Shown: in pieces, positions 41,950 through 53,423 of the stretch
Position numbering within the stretch: position 1 is the first letter of the stretch
Layout: the number at the start of each line of letters is the position of its first letter
Source of the DNA: Klebsiella pneumoniae
GTDB taxonomy: Bacteria > Myxococcota_A > UBA9042
Reading direction: 5' to 3'
Assembly (NCBI GenBank): GCA_945889325.1
Contig: CAMDBH010000001.1
Span: 27,096 to 91,095, forward strand
DNA length: 64,000 nucleotides
Position numbers and translations under genes: made by a program
Notes under the pieces: model-generated
What the model saw: only the letters and a program-made list of their open reading frames with translations
Told to the model about the DNA's origin: nothing
The model's database searches: none

Positions 41950-42432
41950 ATGGCAAACGAACTCAGCTCCTTGCGCCCGCCTCGCGGCGCCACCAAGACC
42001 CGCAAGCGCCTCGGCCGCGGCGTCGGCTCCGGCTTAGGCAAGACGTCCGGCAAGGGCCACAAGGGCCAAAAAGCCCGCAAAAGCCCCGATGTCGGTACGT
42101 ATTTCGAGGGCGGCCAGATGCCGATGCAGCGTCGGTTGCCGAAAATCGGTTTTACCAATATTTTCGCCAAGAAGTATGCCACGGTCAACGTCGGCGAACT
42201 GACCATCTTTGAAAATGGCGCTTCGATCGACGAAAACATGTTGCGTCGCGCGGGTTTGGTCAAGGGCCGTTGCGATGGCATTAAGATTTTGGGCGACGGC
42301 GAATTGGGCATCGCGTTGACGATCGCCGCAGCCAAATTCACCCAGACCGCGCTGACCAAGATCGCAGCGGCCGGCGGAACTGCGCAAGTGCTGGCGGCGC
42401 ACACCCCATCAGCCGAAACTGCAGAGGTTTAG
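41950..42432 (+). CDS. rplO: 50S ribosomal protein L15
   Basis: [19 protein letters not shown] and FEGGQMP. Confidence 0.98.
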   Translation: MANELSSLRPPRGATKTRKRLGRGVGSGLGKTSGKGHKGQKARKSPDVGTYFEGGQMPMQRRLPKIGFTNIFAKKYATVNVGELTIFENGASIDENMLRRAGLVKGRCDGIKILGDGELGIALTIAAAKFTQTALTKIAAAGGTAQVLAAHTPSAETAEV

Positions 42433-42433
42433 T

Positions 42434-43756
<1,323 letters not shown>

Positions 43757-43806
43757 TCCGCCCACCCGCAAACCTCGCTGAAATTTCTCATCCTTTTGGA
43801 GTCTTC

Positions 43807-44553
43807 GTGCCCGACCGTGTCGCCACCCCCCGTGCAGCCGCCCCCCGAGTCGCCAACCGCATCATCCTTCTCGGCGCCCCCGGCGCGGGCAAGGGCACTG
43901 TTGCCAAAGCACTGGTTGATCGTTTTGGCTTGGTTCACCTTTCGACCGGTGACATGTTGCGCGCTGCGGTCGCCGAAGGCACAGCCGTGGGCAAGTTGGC
44001 GCAAACGTTTATGAGCGGCGGCTCCCTTGTGCCCGATGAAGTCATGGTCGGCGTGATCAAAGAACGCGTGCAAAAAGCCGACTGCCGTTTGGCCGACGGC
44101 ACACCGCGCTTTTTGCTCGACGGTTATCCACGGACCATTCCGCAGGCGAACGCGCTAGACGCCGAAGGCCTCTCGCCCGACTTGGTCGTTTACCTCAAAG
44201 TCGACGACGATCTGGTGGTGCGCCGCTTGAGCGGTCGCCGCAGTTGTCCAGCGTGCGGCAATCCGCACCACATTGAATTTGCCCCGCCCGTTGTCAACGG
44301 CAAGTGCGATCGCTGCGGCGCCGACTTGGTACACCGGAGCGACGATTTTGAAGGGCCGATTCGCAAACGATTAGAAGTCTTTGCCGCACAAACAGGGCCG
44401 CTGGTCCAGCGCTATAGCAGCGTCACGCAAACGATCGATGGCAATCAATTGCCCGAGGTTGTCTTCAAATCGGTGATTCACGCGCTGGCTGCTTGGCAGT
44501 CCGATGGCGCGGCGATCGCCGCAGGTGCCCCAACAGGTGTATCGGAAGCATGA
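43807..44553 (+). CDS. adk: Adenylate kinase (Zn lid)
   Basis: GAPGAGKGT, HLSTGDMLR, LDGYPR and CPAC...CDRC. Confidence 0.97.
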   Translation: MPDRVATPRAAAPRVANRIILLGAPGAGKGTVAKALVDRFGLVHLSTGDMLRAAVAEGTAVGKLAQTFMSGGSLVPDEVMVGVIKERVQKADCRLADGTPRFLLDGYPRTIPQANALDAEGLSPDLVVYLKVDDDLVVRRLSGRRSCPACGNPHHIEFAPPVVNGKCDRCGADLVHRSDDFEGPIRKRLEVFAAQTGPLVQRYSSVTQTIDGNQLPEVVFKSVIHALAAWQSDGAAIAAGAPTGVSEA

Positions 44554-44671
44554 CCCGAAATTAACACGCGTTTTTGCGTCGACAGCCGTCGATTTGGCAA
44601 ACGCGGGCGGCAAGGCGGGGGGGTCCGCTTGGCACAAGGCGACCTGGTAGCAACCCCGGATTGGAGCGTGG

Positions 44672-44890
44672 ATGTCGAAAGACGACGCCATTGAAGTCGA
44701 AGGCACTGTGCTGGAACCCTTGCCGAATGCGATGTTTCGCGTTCAATTGGAGAACGGCCACAAAGTGCTCGCACACGTATCGGGCAAGATGCGTATGCAT
44801 TTTATTCGCATCTTGCCGGGCGATCGCGTCAAAGTCGCGCTCAGCCCTTATGATCTGACCCGCGGTCGGATTACTTACCGTGCCAAGTAG
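44672..44890 (+). CDS. infA: Translation initiation factor IF-1
   Basis: [13 protein letters not shown] and [10 protein letters not shown]. Confidence 0.99.
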   Translation: MSKDDAIEVEGTVLEPLPNAMFRVQLENGHKVLAHVSGKMRMHFIRILPGDRVKVALSPYDLTRGRITYRAK

Positions 44891-45097
44891 GCCAACGTTG
44901 CCGATTCGGCGCATTTTGAGGCATTTCTGTTTGGCGTGCCGCGTTCGTGCAAAAAATCTCATTCGGCAGCCATTTTGCTCTCGCGTGAATTGAATTTTGG
45001 GTGTATACTTTCGCCCCCCGTGGATTGAGCGATCAGCCACCGAAGCAAATAAAGTAGCTTTTGAACGCGCCAAAGCGCGAACCGGTCGAGGAAGTCA

Positions 45098-45211
45098 ATG
45101 AAAGTGCGCGCCTCTGTCAAACCCATTTGCGATCAGTGCAGCGTTGTCAAACGCCGCGGCATCGTCCGCGTGATCTGCAGCAACCCCAAGCACAAGCAGC
45201 GTCAGGGCTAA
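45098..45211 (+). CDS. rpmJ: 50S ribosomal protein L36 (too short for the ORF track)
   Basis: Manual translation gives [37 protein letters not shown]. Confidence 0.98.
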   Translation: MKVRASVKPICDQCSVVKRRGIVRVICSNPKHKQRQG

Positions 45212-45279
45212 ATCGCCCGCGCCTTTGTGCAGAACTTACGAATATCGCGAATCAATTTGCGATCTGTCAGGAGTGAAAC

Positions 45280-45645
45280 ATGGCCCGTATCGCTGGCGTA
45301 GACTTGCCGCGCAACAAACGCATTGATGTAGCTTTGCGATCTTTGTACGGCGTAGGCCCCAAGGTCGCTGTCGACGTCTGCAACAAGGCCGGCATTCCGC
45401 TGGATCGCAAAAGCGACGAATTGACCGAAGTCGACATCGTCCGCATCCGCGATGTGTTGGAAAATACATTTAAGATTGAAGGCGATCTGCGGCGTCAGGT
45501 GGCCATGGACATCAAGCGCCTGATGGATTTGGGTTGCTACCGCGGCCTGCGCCATCGCAAAGGCTTGCCGGTTCGCGGCCAGCGCACCCACACCAACGCC
45601 CGAACCCGCAAAGGTCCGCGGCGCACGGCGATCAAGAAGAAGTAA
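45280..45645 (+). CDS. rpsM: 30S ribosomal protein S13
   Basis: [10 protein letters not shown] and [17 protein letters not shown]. Confidence 0.99.
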   Translation: MARIAGVDLPRNKRIDVALRSLYGVGPKVAVDVCNKAGIPLDRKSDELTEVDIVRIRDVLENTFKIEGDLRRQVAMDIKRLMDLGCYRGLRHRKGLPVRGQRTHTNARTRKGPRRTAIKKK

Positions 45646-45796
45646 GACAGCTGCCACTGCGACCCACGTCGTGGCGGCCGCTTGGAAGGGCCAAAGGGCC
45701 TGCAAAATTCAATTTGCACTGTCCAAAGCGACTGTGCAGGGTCTAAACCGACATTAAAGGGTCTCAACCGACGGTCTCGGGCAGGAAAGAACAAAT

Positions 45797-46201
45797 ATGG
45801 CGACTTCATCGACCAAAACAGCGGCCGCGCGCGTCAAAAAGCGCGTCAAGAAGAATATCCAGTCGGGCGTGGTTCACATCAGCTCGACGTTCAACAACAC
45901 CATGGTGACGGTAACTGACGTTTCCGGCAACGTGTTGTCGTGGTCCAGTTGCGGCCGCCGCGGCTTCAAAGGTTCGCGCAAGTCCACGCCTTTTGCAGCG
46001 CAAATGGCGGCGGAGGATGCGGCAAAACGGGCCCAAGAGCACGGCGTCAAGTCGGTCTCCGTGCTGGTTAAGGGTCCGGGCACCGGCCGCGAAGCCGCGC
46101 TGCGCGCGCTGGCCAACGCCGGTTTCCGCATCACGACGATCCGCGATGTCACACCGATCCCGCACAACGGTTGCCGTCCGCCAAAACGGCGGCGTGTCTA
46201 A
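45797..46201 (+). CDS. rpsK: 30S ribosomal protein S11
   Basis: [17 protein letters not shown] and [18 protein letters not shown]. Confidence 0.99.
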   Translation: MATSSTKTAAARVKKRVKKNIQSGVVHISSTFNNTMVTVTDVSGNVLSWSSCGRRGFKGSRKSTPFAAQMAAEDAAKRAQEHGVKSVSVLVKGPGTGREAALRALANAGFRITTIRDVTPIPHNGCRPPKRRRV

Positions 46202-46266
46202 GTTTTTTCACGAATTCAAGAATTTGCGTCCAATGCTATTTGGACCACGCAGCGTCTGGAGAAGTC

Positions 46267-46896
46267 ATGGCTCGTTATATTGGTCCAGTTTGCCGTCTGT
46301 GTCGCCGCGAAGGGCTCAAGCTTTTCTTGAAAGGCGAACGCTGTTACACCGAAAAGTGCGCATTTGAACGGCGTTCCTATATCCCAGGTCAACACGGCCA
46401 GGCGCGTCACGGCAAAGTGTCGGAATTTGGTCGCCAATTGCGTGAGAAGCAGAAGGTCAAGCGCATTTACGGCTTGGTGGAAAAGCAGTTCCGCGGTTAC
46501 TACGAATTGGCTGCGCGCAAAGACGGCGTCACGGGCGAGAACCTGCTGGCATACCTCGAACGCCGCTTGGACAACACCGTGTATCGTTTGGGCTTTGCCT
46601 CCAGCCGTTCGGAAGCTCGCTTGCTCGTCACCCACGGTCACCTGTTGATCAATGGCGCGCTTGTCGACATTCCGTCGTACAACCTCAAGCCCGGCGACAC
46701 CGTGGCCGTTCGCGACAAATCCAAAGAGATTACGCGAATTACTGAGGCGCTTGAGGCCGTTGATCGCCGCGGCGTGCCAGCTTGGCTGACCTTGGATCGC
46801 AAGGCGCTCAAGGGTACGGTCAGTTCGTTGCCGACCCGCAGCGATGTGACCACGCCGATCGAAGAGCGGCTAATCGTGGAATTGTATTCTAAATAG
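46267..46896 (+). CDS. rpsD: 30S ribosomal protein S4
   Basis: [23 protein letters not shown] and IVELYSK. Confidence 0.99.
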   Translation: MARYIGPVCRLCRREGLKLFLKGERCYTEKCAFERRSYIPGQHGQARHGKVSEFGRQLREKQKVKRIYGLVEKQFRGYYELAARKDGVTGENLLAYLERRLDNTVYRLGFASSRSEARLLVTHGHLLINGALVDIPSYNLKPGDTVAVRDKSKEITRITEALEAVDRRGVPAWLTLDRKALKGTVSSLPTRSDVTTPIEERLIVELYSK

Positions 46897-46971
46897 CTGC
46901 GCAAAAATTTCTTAAGGCTGCCTGCACTGCCATCGGATGGTAGGCACAGGCAAGTCGCAATTGGAGGTCCC

Positions 46972-48084
46972 ATGCAACGGAATTGGAAAAACCTAATCCG
47001 GGTCGAGCCGCTCGAAGTCGTTGAACTGTCCGAGACCTACGGCAAGTTTCAGGTTGAGCCGCTCGAACGCGGTTACGGCCAGACGCTTGGCAACAGCCTT
47101 CGACGGGTGCTGCTCTCGAGCATCCGCGGCGCTGCGATCACCGGTGTGCGGATGGCCGCTTTGGGTCGCGTTGTGCGCGAAGACGACGGCGGCAAAGGCA
47201 AAGTTCAGCGCAAGATGGTTGAGCAGATGCAAACCGCCTTGCACGAGTTCCAAGCGTTGCCCGATGTCGTCGAAGACGTTGCGGAAATTGTTCTCAACTT
47301 GAAAGAAGTCAACCTGCGTATGGAGGGCGAAGGCCCCGAGTTCGTCACGCTGGAAGCGGAAGCGCCGGCCAACGGCGGACCGCTGCGCGTCACTGCAGGG
47401 CACTTGCAGACGCCGGCCGGCATTACCGTGCTCAATCCGGACCTGCACTTGATGACCATTGAGCCGGGTGGCCGCGTTGAAATGGAATTGACGGTGAAAG
47501 AAGGCGTGGGCTACGTGCCGGCGACCCGCGAAAATAGCGAAGAAAATCCGGTGGATTTGCTGCCGATCGACGCCATTTACGCCCCCGTTCGGCGCGTCAA
47601 TTTCCGCGTGACCAACGCGCGCGTCGAGCAGCGCACCGACTACGACAAACTGACTTTGGAAGTTTGGACCAACGGCGCCATCGACCCAGAAGCGGCAGTC
47701 AGCGTTGCGGCCAAAATTGTGCGCGATCAGTTGCGGGTATTTATTGGCTTTGACGATGAGGACGGCGAAGTCGAACTCGGCACAGCCGAACAGATCGCCA
47801 CAATCAGCGCGCCGCTCAATGAAAATCTGTGGCGAACCATCGATTCGCTCGAATTGTCGGTGCGTTCGGCCAACTGCTTGCAGAACGCCAACCTGCGTTT
47901 GGTCGGTGAACTGGTTCAGCGCAGTGAGCCGGAAATGCTCAAGACCAAAAACTTTGGGCGCAAGTCGCTCAAAGAAATCAAAGACCTGTTGGAGACGATG
48001 GGACTGAATTTGGGTATGCACATTGAGAACTTTGATCCCGAGAACGTGCCGGCGTCCCTGCTTGTGCCGCCGCCACCGGCCTAG
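46972..48084 (+). CDS. rpoA: RNA polymerase alpha subunit
   Basis: [36 protein letters not shown] and KNFGRKSL. Confidence 0.98.
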   Translation: MQRNWKNLIRVEPLEVVELSETYGKFQVEPLERGYGQTLGNSLRRVLLSSIRGAAITGVRMAALGRVVREDDGGKGKVQRKMVEQMQTALHEFQALPDVVEDVAEIVLNLKEVNLRMEGEGPEFVTLEAEAPANGGPLRVTAGHLQTPAGITVLNPDLHLMTIEPGGRVEMELTVKEGVGYVPATRENSEENPVDLLPIDAIYAPVRRVNFRVTNARVEQRTDYDKLTLEVWTNGAIDPEAAVSVAAKIVRDQLRVFIGFDDEDGEVELGTAEQIATISAPLNENLWRTIDSLELSVRSANCLQNANLRLVGELVQRSEPEMLKTKNFGRKSLKEIKDLLETMGLNLGMHIENFDPENVPASLLVPPPPA

Positions 48085-48149
48085 TTTGCCCGCTAGATCT
48101 GGGAATAATTGGTTTTTCGCAGATAAAATCTGCCCACAGTGAGGAAGTC

Positions 48150-48503
48150 ATGCGTCATAAACTAAGCGGTCGCCATTTCGGCAGAGAGTCGTCCCACCGC
48201 AAAGCCATGTTGCTCAATTTGTGCAAGTCGCTGATCGAGCACGGTCGGATCACCACCACGGTGGCCAAGGCCAAGGAATTGCGCGGCTGGGTCGAACCAC
48301 TGGTGACCTTGGGCAAGGAGGATTCCATCCACCGTCGCCGGTTGGCTTTTGCGCAACTGCGCGACAACGGCTTGGTCACAAAGTTGTTTGCCGAACTCGG
48401 CCCAAAGTTTTCTTCGCGTCCGGGCGGTTACACGCGGTCGTTCAAGCTCGGTCTCCGCTCCGGTGATGCCGCGCCGATGGCGATCATCGAATTTGTCGAG
48501 TGA
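48150..48503 (+). CDS. rplQ: 50S ribosomal protein L17
   Basis: [22 protein letters not shown] and GDAAPMA. Confidence 0.98.
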   Translation: MRHKLSGRHFGRESSHRKAMLLNLCKSLIEHGRITTTVAKAKELRGWVEPLVTLGKEDSIHRRRLAFAQLRDNGLVTKLFAELGPKFSSRPGGYTRSFKLGLRSGDAAPMAIIEFVE

Positions 48504-48524
48504 GCAAAATTGTTTGGTTTTTTT

Positions 48525-48560
48525 GCGAGGGCGGGCTCCATGTCCGCCTTCGCGCGTTTT
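48525..48560 (+). terminator. Probable terminator after rplQ
   Basis: Stem gcgagggcgg / ccgccttcgc followed by gcgtttt, between convergent genes. Confidence 0.55.
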
Positions 48561-48570
48561 GCGAGGTGGC

Positions 48571-49227
48571 CTATTGCGGCTGCCAGCGGTAGCCGGTCTG
48601 CCTTACAGTTTGCAAGCATTGCGAGGCATTGCCGAGGGCCACACGCAGGCGCTGCACGTGAACGTCCACCGTCCGCACCCCGCCGTCGTACGACTGGCCC
48701 CACACCGCGGCCAGCAACGCCTCACGCGACCAAGTCCGATCTGGGTGTTGCGCAAAGTGGCGCAACAACGCGAACTCCCGATGAGGCAACGCCAAAAGCC
48801 GTTCACCGACGAAGGCCTGCTGCGCCTGCAAATCGACCAACAGAGGCCCCGAGCGCAACGACACCTCCCGCCCAGGCCGGTGGTCGAGCACGCGTTCCAC
48901 GCGCGCCAGCAGCTCGGCTTGGGTAAACCCGCGTGCGATAAAGTCATTGCAAGTCAGCGCAGACGCCAGATGCAGGCGTTCCAGGTCCAAAACCAGTAGC
49001 CATGGAACCCGACCAACAACGGGATGCTTAGAAATCGCTGGGGAAAGTCTATCGACGGCCTGAAACGGGGCCGGTTCAAAGACCGCCAGATCGGGGGGCA
49101 TGGTCAACGGGCAATCAAACCAATGGCCGCGCAAAAGACGCGGCACGACCTGATAGTCGCTCTGCAGCAGCGCCGAGCGGAGCGGGGACGAGTCGCCAAG
49201 TTCAGAAAAAACAAAGATTTTCTTCAT
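48571..49227 (-). CDS. OmpR/PhoB-type winged-helix regulator with degenerate receiver domain
   Basis: C-terminal REFALL..SREALLAAVWG..RTVDVHVQRLR..TVRQTGY. The receiver has PDLAVFE in place of PDLxxxD. Confidence 0.85.
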   Translation of the reverse strand: MKKIFVFSELGDSSPLRSALLQSDYQVVPRLLRGHWFDCPLTMPPDLAVFEPAPFQAVDRLSPAISKHPVVGRVPWLLVLDLERLHLASALTCNDFIARGFTQAELLARVERVLDHRPGREVSLRSGPLLVDLQAQQAFVGERLLALPHREFALLRHFAQHPDRTWSREALLAAVWGQSYDGGVRTVDVHVQRLRVALGNASQCLQTVRQTGYRWQPQ

Positions 49228-49452
49228 TTCTTCGTCCCTGTTCGCTCACCGCAGTAGCAGCTTGGCCGCAAAAAGTGGTATGTACGCGCCGCCCAAAGTC
49301 TGGCACAGCCGCTGTGCAGACTGCAAAGTTTGATCGTGAATCAGCTAGGCGCTCGATCGCGGTTGTGCGCAAGAATTGCCGGAATCGACAGCAGGACGCT
49401 GCTTCGCTCAAGCCTTTTGTCTCTGCCGAAAGATGTTTGATTATAGGTTGGT

Positions 49453-51081
49453 GTGGCGCAAGTGCCTAAAATTCGCTTACAATCGCAAAGTGTTCTGCGA
49501 CAAGGATTGCCGTGGGCTTTGGCCACGGCTGTGCTCATTACGGCGGCGTATCCGCCTTGGTCGCTGTGGCCATTGGCCTTTTTTGCCTACGTGCCGCTGC
49601 TTTACTGGTTGCACAAACATCCAACGCCCCTGAAGCAGGCCGCGCTGCTCGGTCTGATTCCAGGCACGATTCTTCACGCGGGGGTTTTCTGGTTTCTAAT
49701 TCACACCATGGAAGCGATGAGTGGTTTCCCGCTGCCGCTGGCGATGGCCACCCTGGTCGGGTACGCGCTGGCCATGGGCGTGCATCAGGCCGTGTTCATG
49801 TTGGCGGTGCGTTTGGTATCTCAGAGCGAATTGTCCTTCAATCGCACGCTATTACAGGCACTGGCCTTGGCCACAGTGTATGCGGCGATCGAATTTGGCG
49901 TGCCCTACCTGTTTCCATGGTACTTGGGGAATGCGTTTTTCGACCAGCCGATGTGGATACAAACTGCTGAATTCATAGGTATTTGTGGCACAAGTCTGTT
50001 GGTCATGCTGTGCAATTTGTTGCTGACGCACGCGGCGTTGGCTAAGCAATGGCGCTGGCGTTTTGTGGCAATCGCGAGCGGTTTGCTCGTATTTATGGGC
50101 GCTTACGGCACGATGCGCATGAAACAAATCGATGCTGCGCCGGTACAGAAAACGCTCAAGACCCTGATCGTGCAAGCCAATGCCTCGCTCAAGGAAAAAT
50201 TGTCAGAAGGACGCGCGCGCATGCCGATGCTCGATCGCGCGGAAACAATCATTCGGCAAGCTGACTTAGGCGATCGCGATCTGGTGATCTTGCCAGAAGG
50301 GGCCATGCCATTCTTCTGGATTCCCGACGCCGTGGGTCCAGCGGCCCAAACGGAACGCAAGATCCCAACCCGCTCGCCACCGATCCTGCGCGAAGCCAAG
50401 CAACGCATGCTGACGTTGGTTCACGACGTAAACAAGCCAATTCTGCTGGGTAGTTTACGGCGGTTGGACCGGATGTGGGTGCAAGAAGCTCGCAACGCGG
50501 CGTTTTTGCAGTGGCCAGACGGACGGGAGCAGGTGTACGACAAGAAAATTCTGCTGCCTTTTGGCGAATATCTGCCGTTTACTTCGCTATTTCCGGCGCT
50601 CAAGGAGTCGATTCCGGGCGTGTCGCACATGGATCCCGGCACGGCCAGCGGCAAGATGGACGTCGCTGGCGTCAAAATATTGGTAAACATCTGTTATGAA
50701 GCGCTGTTTGCGAATTTCTTGCGGAGTGAAGGCTCGGACGCCGAAGTCCTGGTCAACCTGACCAACGACGTCTGGTTTGGGCCCGAACCGGCACCAACTC
50801 TGCATTTAATGGTACAACAGGCGCGCGCGGTGGAATTGCGCCGGCCGCTGCTGCGTTCGACGGTCACCGGTATCACCGTGCATGTCAGCGCCGACGGTGT
50901 GATGCACGATCCAACTGAACTTTATGTCGAAGCGACACGGCGTTATGACGCACAAGTCCGCGATCTGGATAGTCCTTATCGCCATTGGGGCGACGCGCCG
51001 ATGTGGCTGCTGACCTTGGGCAGCGTCGCGTTTTTGCTGCATCACAGCCTGCGGCAGCGCAAGGCCGCGAAAATATCTTGA
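49453..51081 (+). CDS. lnt: Apolipoprotein N-acyltransferase
   Basis: Multi-TM N-terminus and nitrilase triad motifs LPEG, YDKKILLPFGEY and ICYE, plus NLTNDVWFG. Confidence 0.93.
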   Translation: MAQVPKIRLQSQSVLRQGLPWALATAVLITAAYPPWSLWPLAFFAYVPLLYWLHKHPTPLKQAALLGLIPGTILHAGVFWFLIHTMEAMSGFPLPLAMATLVGYALAMGVHQAVFMLAVRLVSQSELSFNRTLLQALALATVYAAIEFGVPYLFPWYLGNAFFDQPMWIQTAEFIGICGTSLLVMLCNLLLTHAALAKQWRWRFVAIASGLLVFMGAYGTMRMKQIDAAPVQKTLKTLIVQANASLKEKLSEGRARMPMLDRAETIIRQADLGDRDLVILPEGAMPFFWIPDAVGPAAQTERKIPTRSPPILREAKQRMLTLVHDVNKPILLGSLRRLDRMWVQEARNAAFLQWPDGREQVYDKKILLPFGEYLPFTSLFPALKESIPGVSHMDPGTASGKMDVAGVKILVNICYEALFANFLRSEGSDAEVLVNLTNDVWFGPEPAPTLHLMVQQARAVELRRPLLRSTVTGITVHVSADGVMHDPTELYVEATRRYDAQVRDLDSPYRHWGDAPMWLLTLGSVAFLLHHSLRQRKAAKIS

Positions 51082-51153
51082 TATCTTGAACTATTTTGCT
51101 ACCTTCGCTGATTTGTTCGACCACGATCAGCCCAAGTGCGGCCAAGGACTCCG

Positions 51154-52308
51154 ATGACGAAGCGCAAATCAGCCAAACCCAAGGTGCAAACCGGCGACCG
51201 GCTGCAAAAATTTATCGCCACTTCGGGCGTTGCCTCGCGGCGATCGGCCGAAGAGTTGATCGCGCAAGGGCGGATCGAAGTCAACGGCGTGGTCGTGACC
51301 GAACCGGGTACGCGCATCGATCCGGAGCTGGATCAGGTGCGTTTCGATGGCGAAAAGCTCAAACCTCAATCGCAGCGGGTGGTTCTGCTGCTGCACAAAC
51401 CGGTCGGCTTTCTGTCGTCGGCCAAAGATCCCGACGGTCGACCGCTGGTTTATCATCTGGTGCCCAAGGATTTGGCGCTGCGCACGATCGGTCGTCTGGA
51501 TTTTAACACCGAAGGCGTGCTTTTGTTCACCAATGACGGCGAGTTGGCCGAACGACTCGGGCACGCGCGTTACAGCGTGCAACGCGTCTATGAGGCACGC
51601 GTGCGCGGCATTCCGACGGAAATGACGTTGGCTGCCCTGCGCCGCGGCGTGCGTCTGGAGGACGGACCGGCCCGCGTTGAGAGCGTGGAAGTCGTCAAAG
51701 CGACGGAAAATAACGCTTGGTTGCGCTTGGTTCTGGTTGAAGGGCGCAACCGAGAAGTGCGACGCCTGATGGAACGCGTCGGGCATCCCGTCGTGCGCCT
51801 GCGCCGCGTGGCCTTTGCGGGGTTGACAGTCGGCGCGCTCAAGCACGGCGATTGGCGGATTTTGTTGCCCGAAGAAGTCGATGCCTTGCAAACCCGTGGC
51901 CACGTCGGCGCTTTTGAATTGCCTCCCGATCCACGGCGCAAAGCTGGCGCGCAACGCCTGGAGCGAGAAGCCAAGCGCGGGCAAATCCGCGCGGAAACGC
52001 GCGACAAGCCCACGGCACCGCGATCGACGGCCGTCAAACCGCCGACCCGGGGACGCAAGCGTTTGGTGGATGATCCGAGCGCACCGCCAGCGCAAGATCG
52101 CAGCCAGCGCAAAGCCCTGCAGCAGCAACGCATTTCCGATCGCCGCCGCGGCTCTGCGCAGGAAATTCTGGAACGGGAAACCGACGGCCATCGGCGCACG
52201 GCGCGAAAAAAGATTGTCCCGCTGGGCAAGACGCCGCAGCCCGCCGGCAAATCCGAACGCGCGGCCCCGATCAGCAGCGGCAAGGCCCCGCGCCGAGGTC
52301 GCAAGTGA
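51154..52308 (+). CDS. rluB: RluB/RsuA-family pseudouridine synthase with basic C-terminal tail
   Basis: RLQKFIA..SRR (S4 domain), GRLDFNTEG, TNDG and EGRNREVRR. Confidence 0.85.
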   Translation: MTKRKSAKPKVQTGDRLQKFIATSGVASRRSAEELIAQGRIEVNGVVVTEPGTRIDPELDQVRFDGEKLKPQSQRVVLLLHKPVGFLSSAKDPDGRPLVYHLVPKDLALRTIGRLDFNTEGVLLFTNDGELAERLGHARYSVQRVYEARVRGIPTEMTLAALRRGVRLEDGPARVESVEVVKATENNAWLRLVLVEGRNREVRRLMERVGHPVVRLRRVAFAGLTVGALKHGDWRILLPEEVDALQTRGHVGAFELPPDPRRKAGAQRLEREAKRGQIRAETRDKPTAPRSTAVKPPTRGRKRLVDDPSAPPAQDRSQRKALQQQRISDRRRGSAQEILERETDGHRRTARKKIVPLGKTPQPAGKSERAAPISSGKAPRRGRK

Positions 52309-53408
52309 TTCCACAGCGAATTTGCTGCGTTGTCGGCGCACGTCCCAATTTCATGAAAGTCGCGCCGGTCTATCTGGCGCTCAAACGCCGCGATCTGAAC
52401 GTGCGCTTGGTGCACACCGGGCAACACTACGACCCGAAAATGTCGAGTGTTTTTTTTGACGATTTGGGGATGCCGAGGCCGGACGCCTTTCTGGGTGTCG
52501 GATCGGGCAATCATGCCGAGCAGACCGCCAAGGTGATGACACTTTTCGATCGCGATTGCGAAGACTTCCAGCCCGAACTGGTGCTGGTGGCCGGTGACGT
52601 CAATTCCACGATCGCCTGTGCGCTCGTCGCCAGCAAACGCGGCATCGCGGTCGGGCACGTTGAAGCGGGGCTGCGTTCACGCGATTGGGCCATGCCCGAA
52701 GAGATCAACCGCATTTTGACCGACGCCTGTAGCGATCTGCTTTTTACGCCCTCGCGCGACGGCGACGCCCATTTGCGCGCTGAAGGGGTGGCCGAGCACC
52801 GCATTCATTTCGTCGGCAACTGCATGATCGACAGTCTGCGTACGCACTTGGCGCGGGCCTTGTCGCTGGGGACGGCAAAACATCTGGGCTTTGACCCGGG
52901 CGCCTACGCAGTGGCGACATTGCACCGGCCTTCCAATGTCGACGATCCAGCGCAACTGAAACGTTTGCTCGACGCGCTGGCCCAGGTGGCCAAACATTGC
53001 CCGGTGTTGTTTCCGATCCATCCCCGCACAAAAAAATCCATAATCGACGCGGAGTTGCAGGTTGCTGATGCGATCTCACTGGTGGAGCCGATGGGCTACT
53101 TGCAGTTTTTGGGCGCCATGGCGCAAGCGAAGTTTGTGCTGACGGATTCCGGCGGCATTCAAGAAGAAACCACAGCGCTAGGGGTGCCGTGTTTGACCCT
53201 GCGCGCCAACACCGAACGACCGGTGACTGTCAGCGAAGGCAGCAATATTTTGCTTGGCCTTGATACGGCTGCCATTTTTCCCGCCGTGCGCAACATTCTG
53301 TCTGGACGCGCCAAAACCGGCCAGATACCCGAATTGTGGGATGGACACGCCGCGGAGCGCGTCGCCGACGTCATAAGCGGCGGTTTCCGCACGTTACTCG
53401 AGGGTTAG
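52305..53408 (+). CDS. wecB: UDP-N-acetylglucosamine 2-epimerase (non-hydrolysing)
   Basis: GARPNFMK, HTGQHY, HVEAGLRS, TDSGGIQEE and TERP. Confidence 0.95.
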   Translation: MIPQRICCVVGARPNFMKVAPVYLALKRRDLNVRLVHTGQHYDPKMSSVFFDDLGMPRPDAFLGVGSGNHAEQTAKVMTLFDRDCEDFQPELVLVAGDVNSTIACALVASKRGIAVGHVEAGLRSRDWAMPEEINRILTDACSDLLFTPSRDGDAHLRAEGVAEHRIHFVGNCMIDSLRTHLARALSLGTAKHLGFDPGAYAVATLHRPSNVDDPAQLKRLLDALAQVAKHCPVLFPIHPRTKKSIIDAELQVADAISLVEPMGYLQFLGAMAQAKFVLTDSGGIQEETTALGVPCLTLRANTERPVTVSEGSNILLGLDTAAIFPAVRNILSGRAKTGQIPELWDGHAAERVADVISGGFRTLLEG

Positions 53409-53423
53409 CTGTACAAACGCAAG

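Noticed and set aside
44975-45009. Possible internal promoter (TATACT at 45004-45009) before rpmJ
   Set aside because: No -35 at acceptable spacing and no proper extended -10. Plausible but unsupported.
49300-49318. Sigma54-like TGGCAC motifs here and near 60665-60678
   Set aside because: The GG-N10-GC spacing or the -12 GC is not satisfied.
51073-51088. Tandem 8-bp duplication atatcttg at the lnt stop (possible excision footprint)
   Set aside because: Too short to distinguish from slippage or chance.
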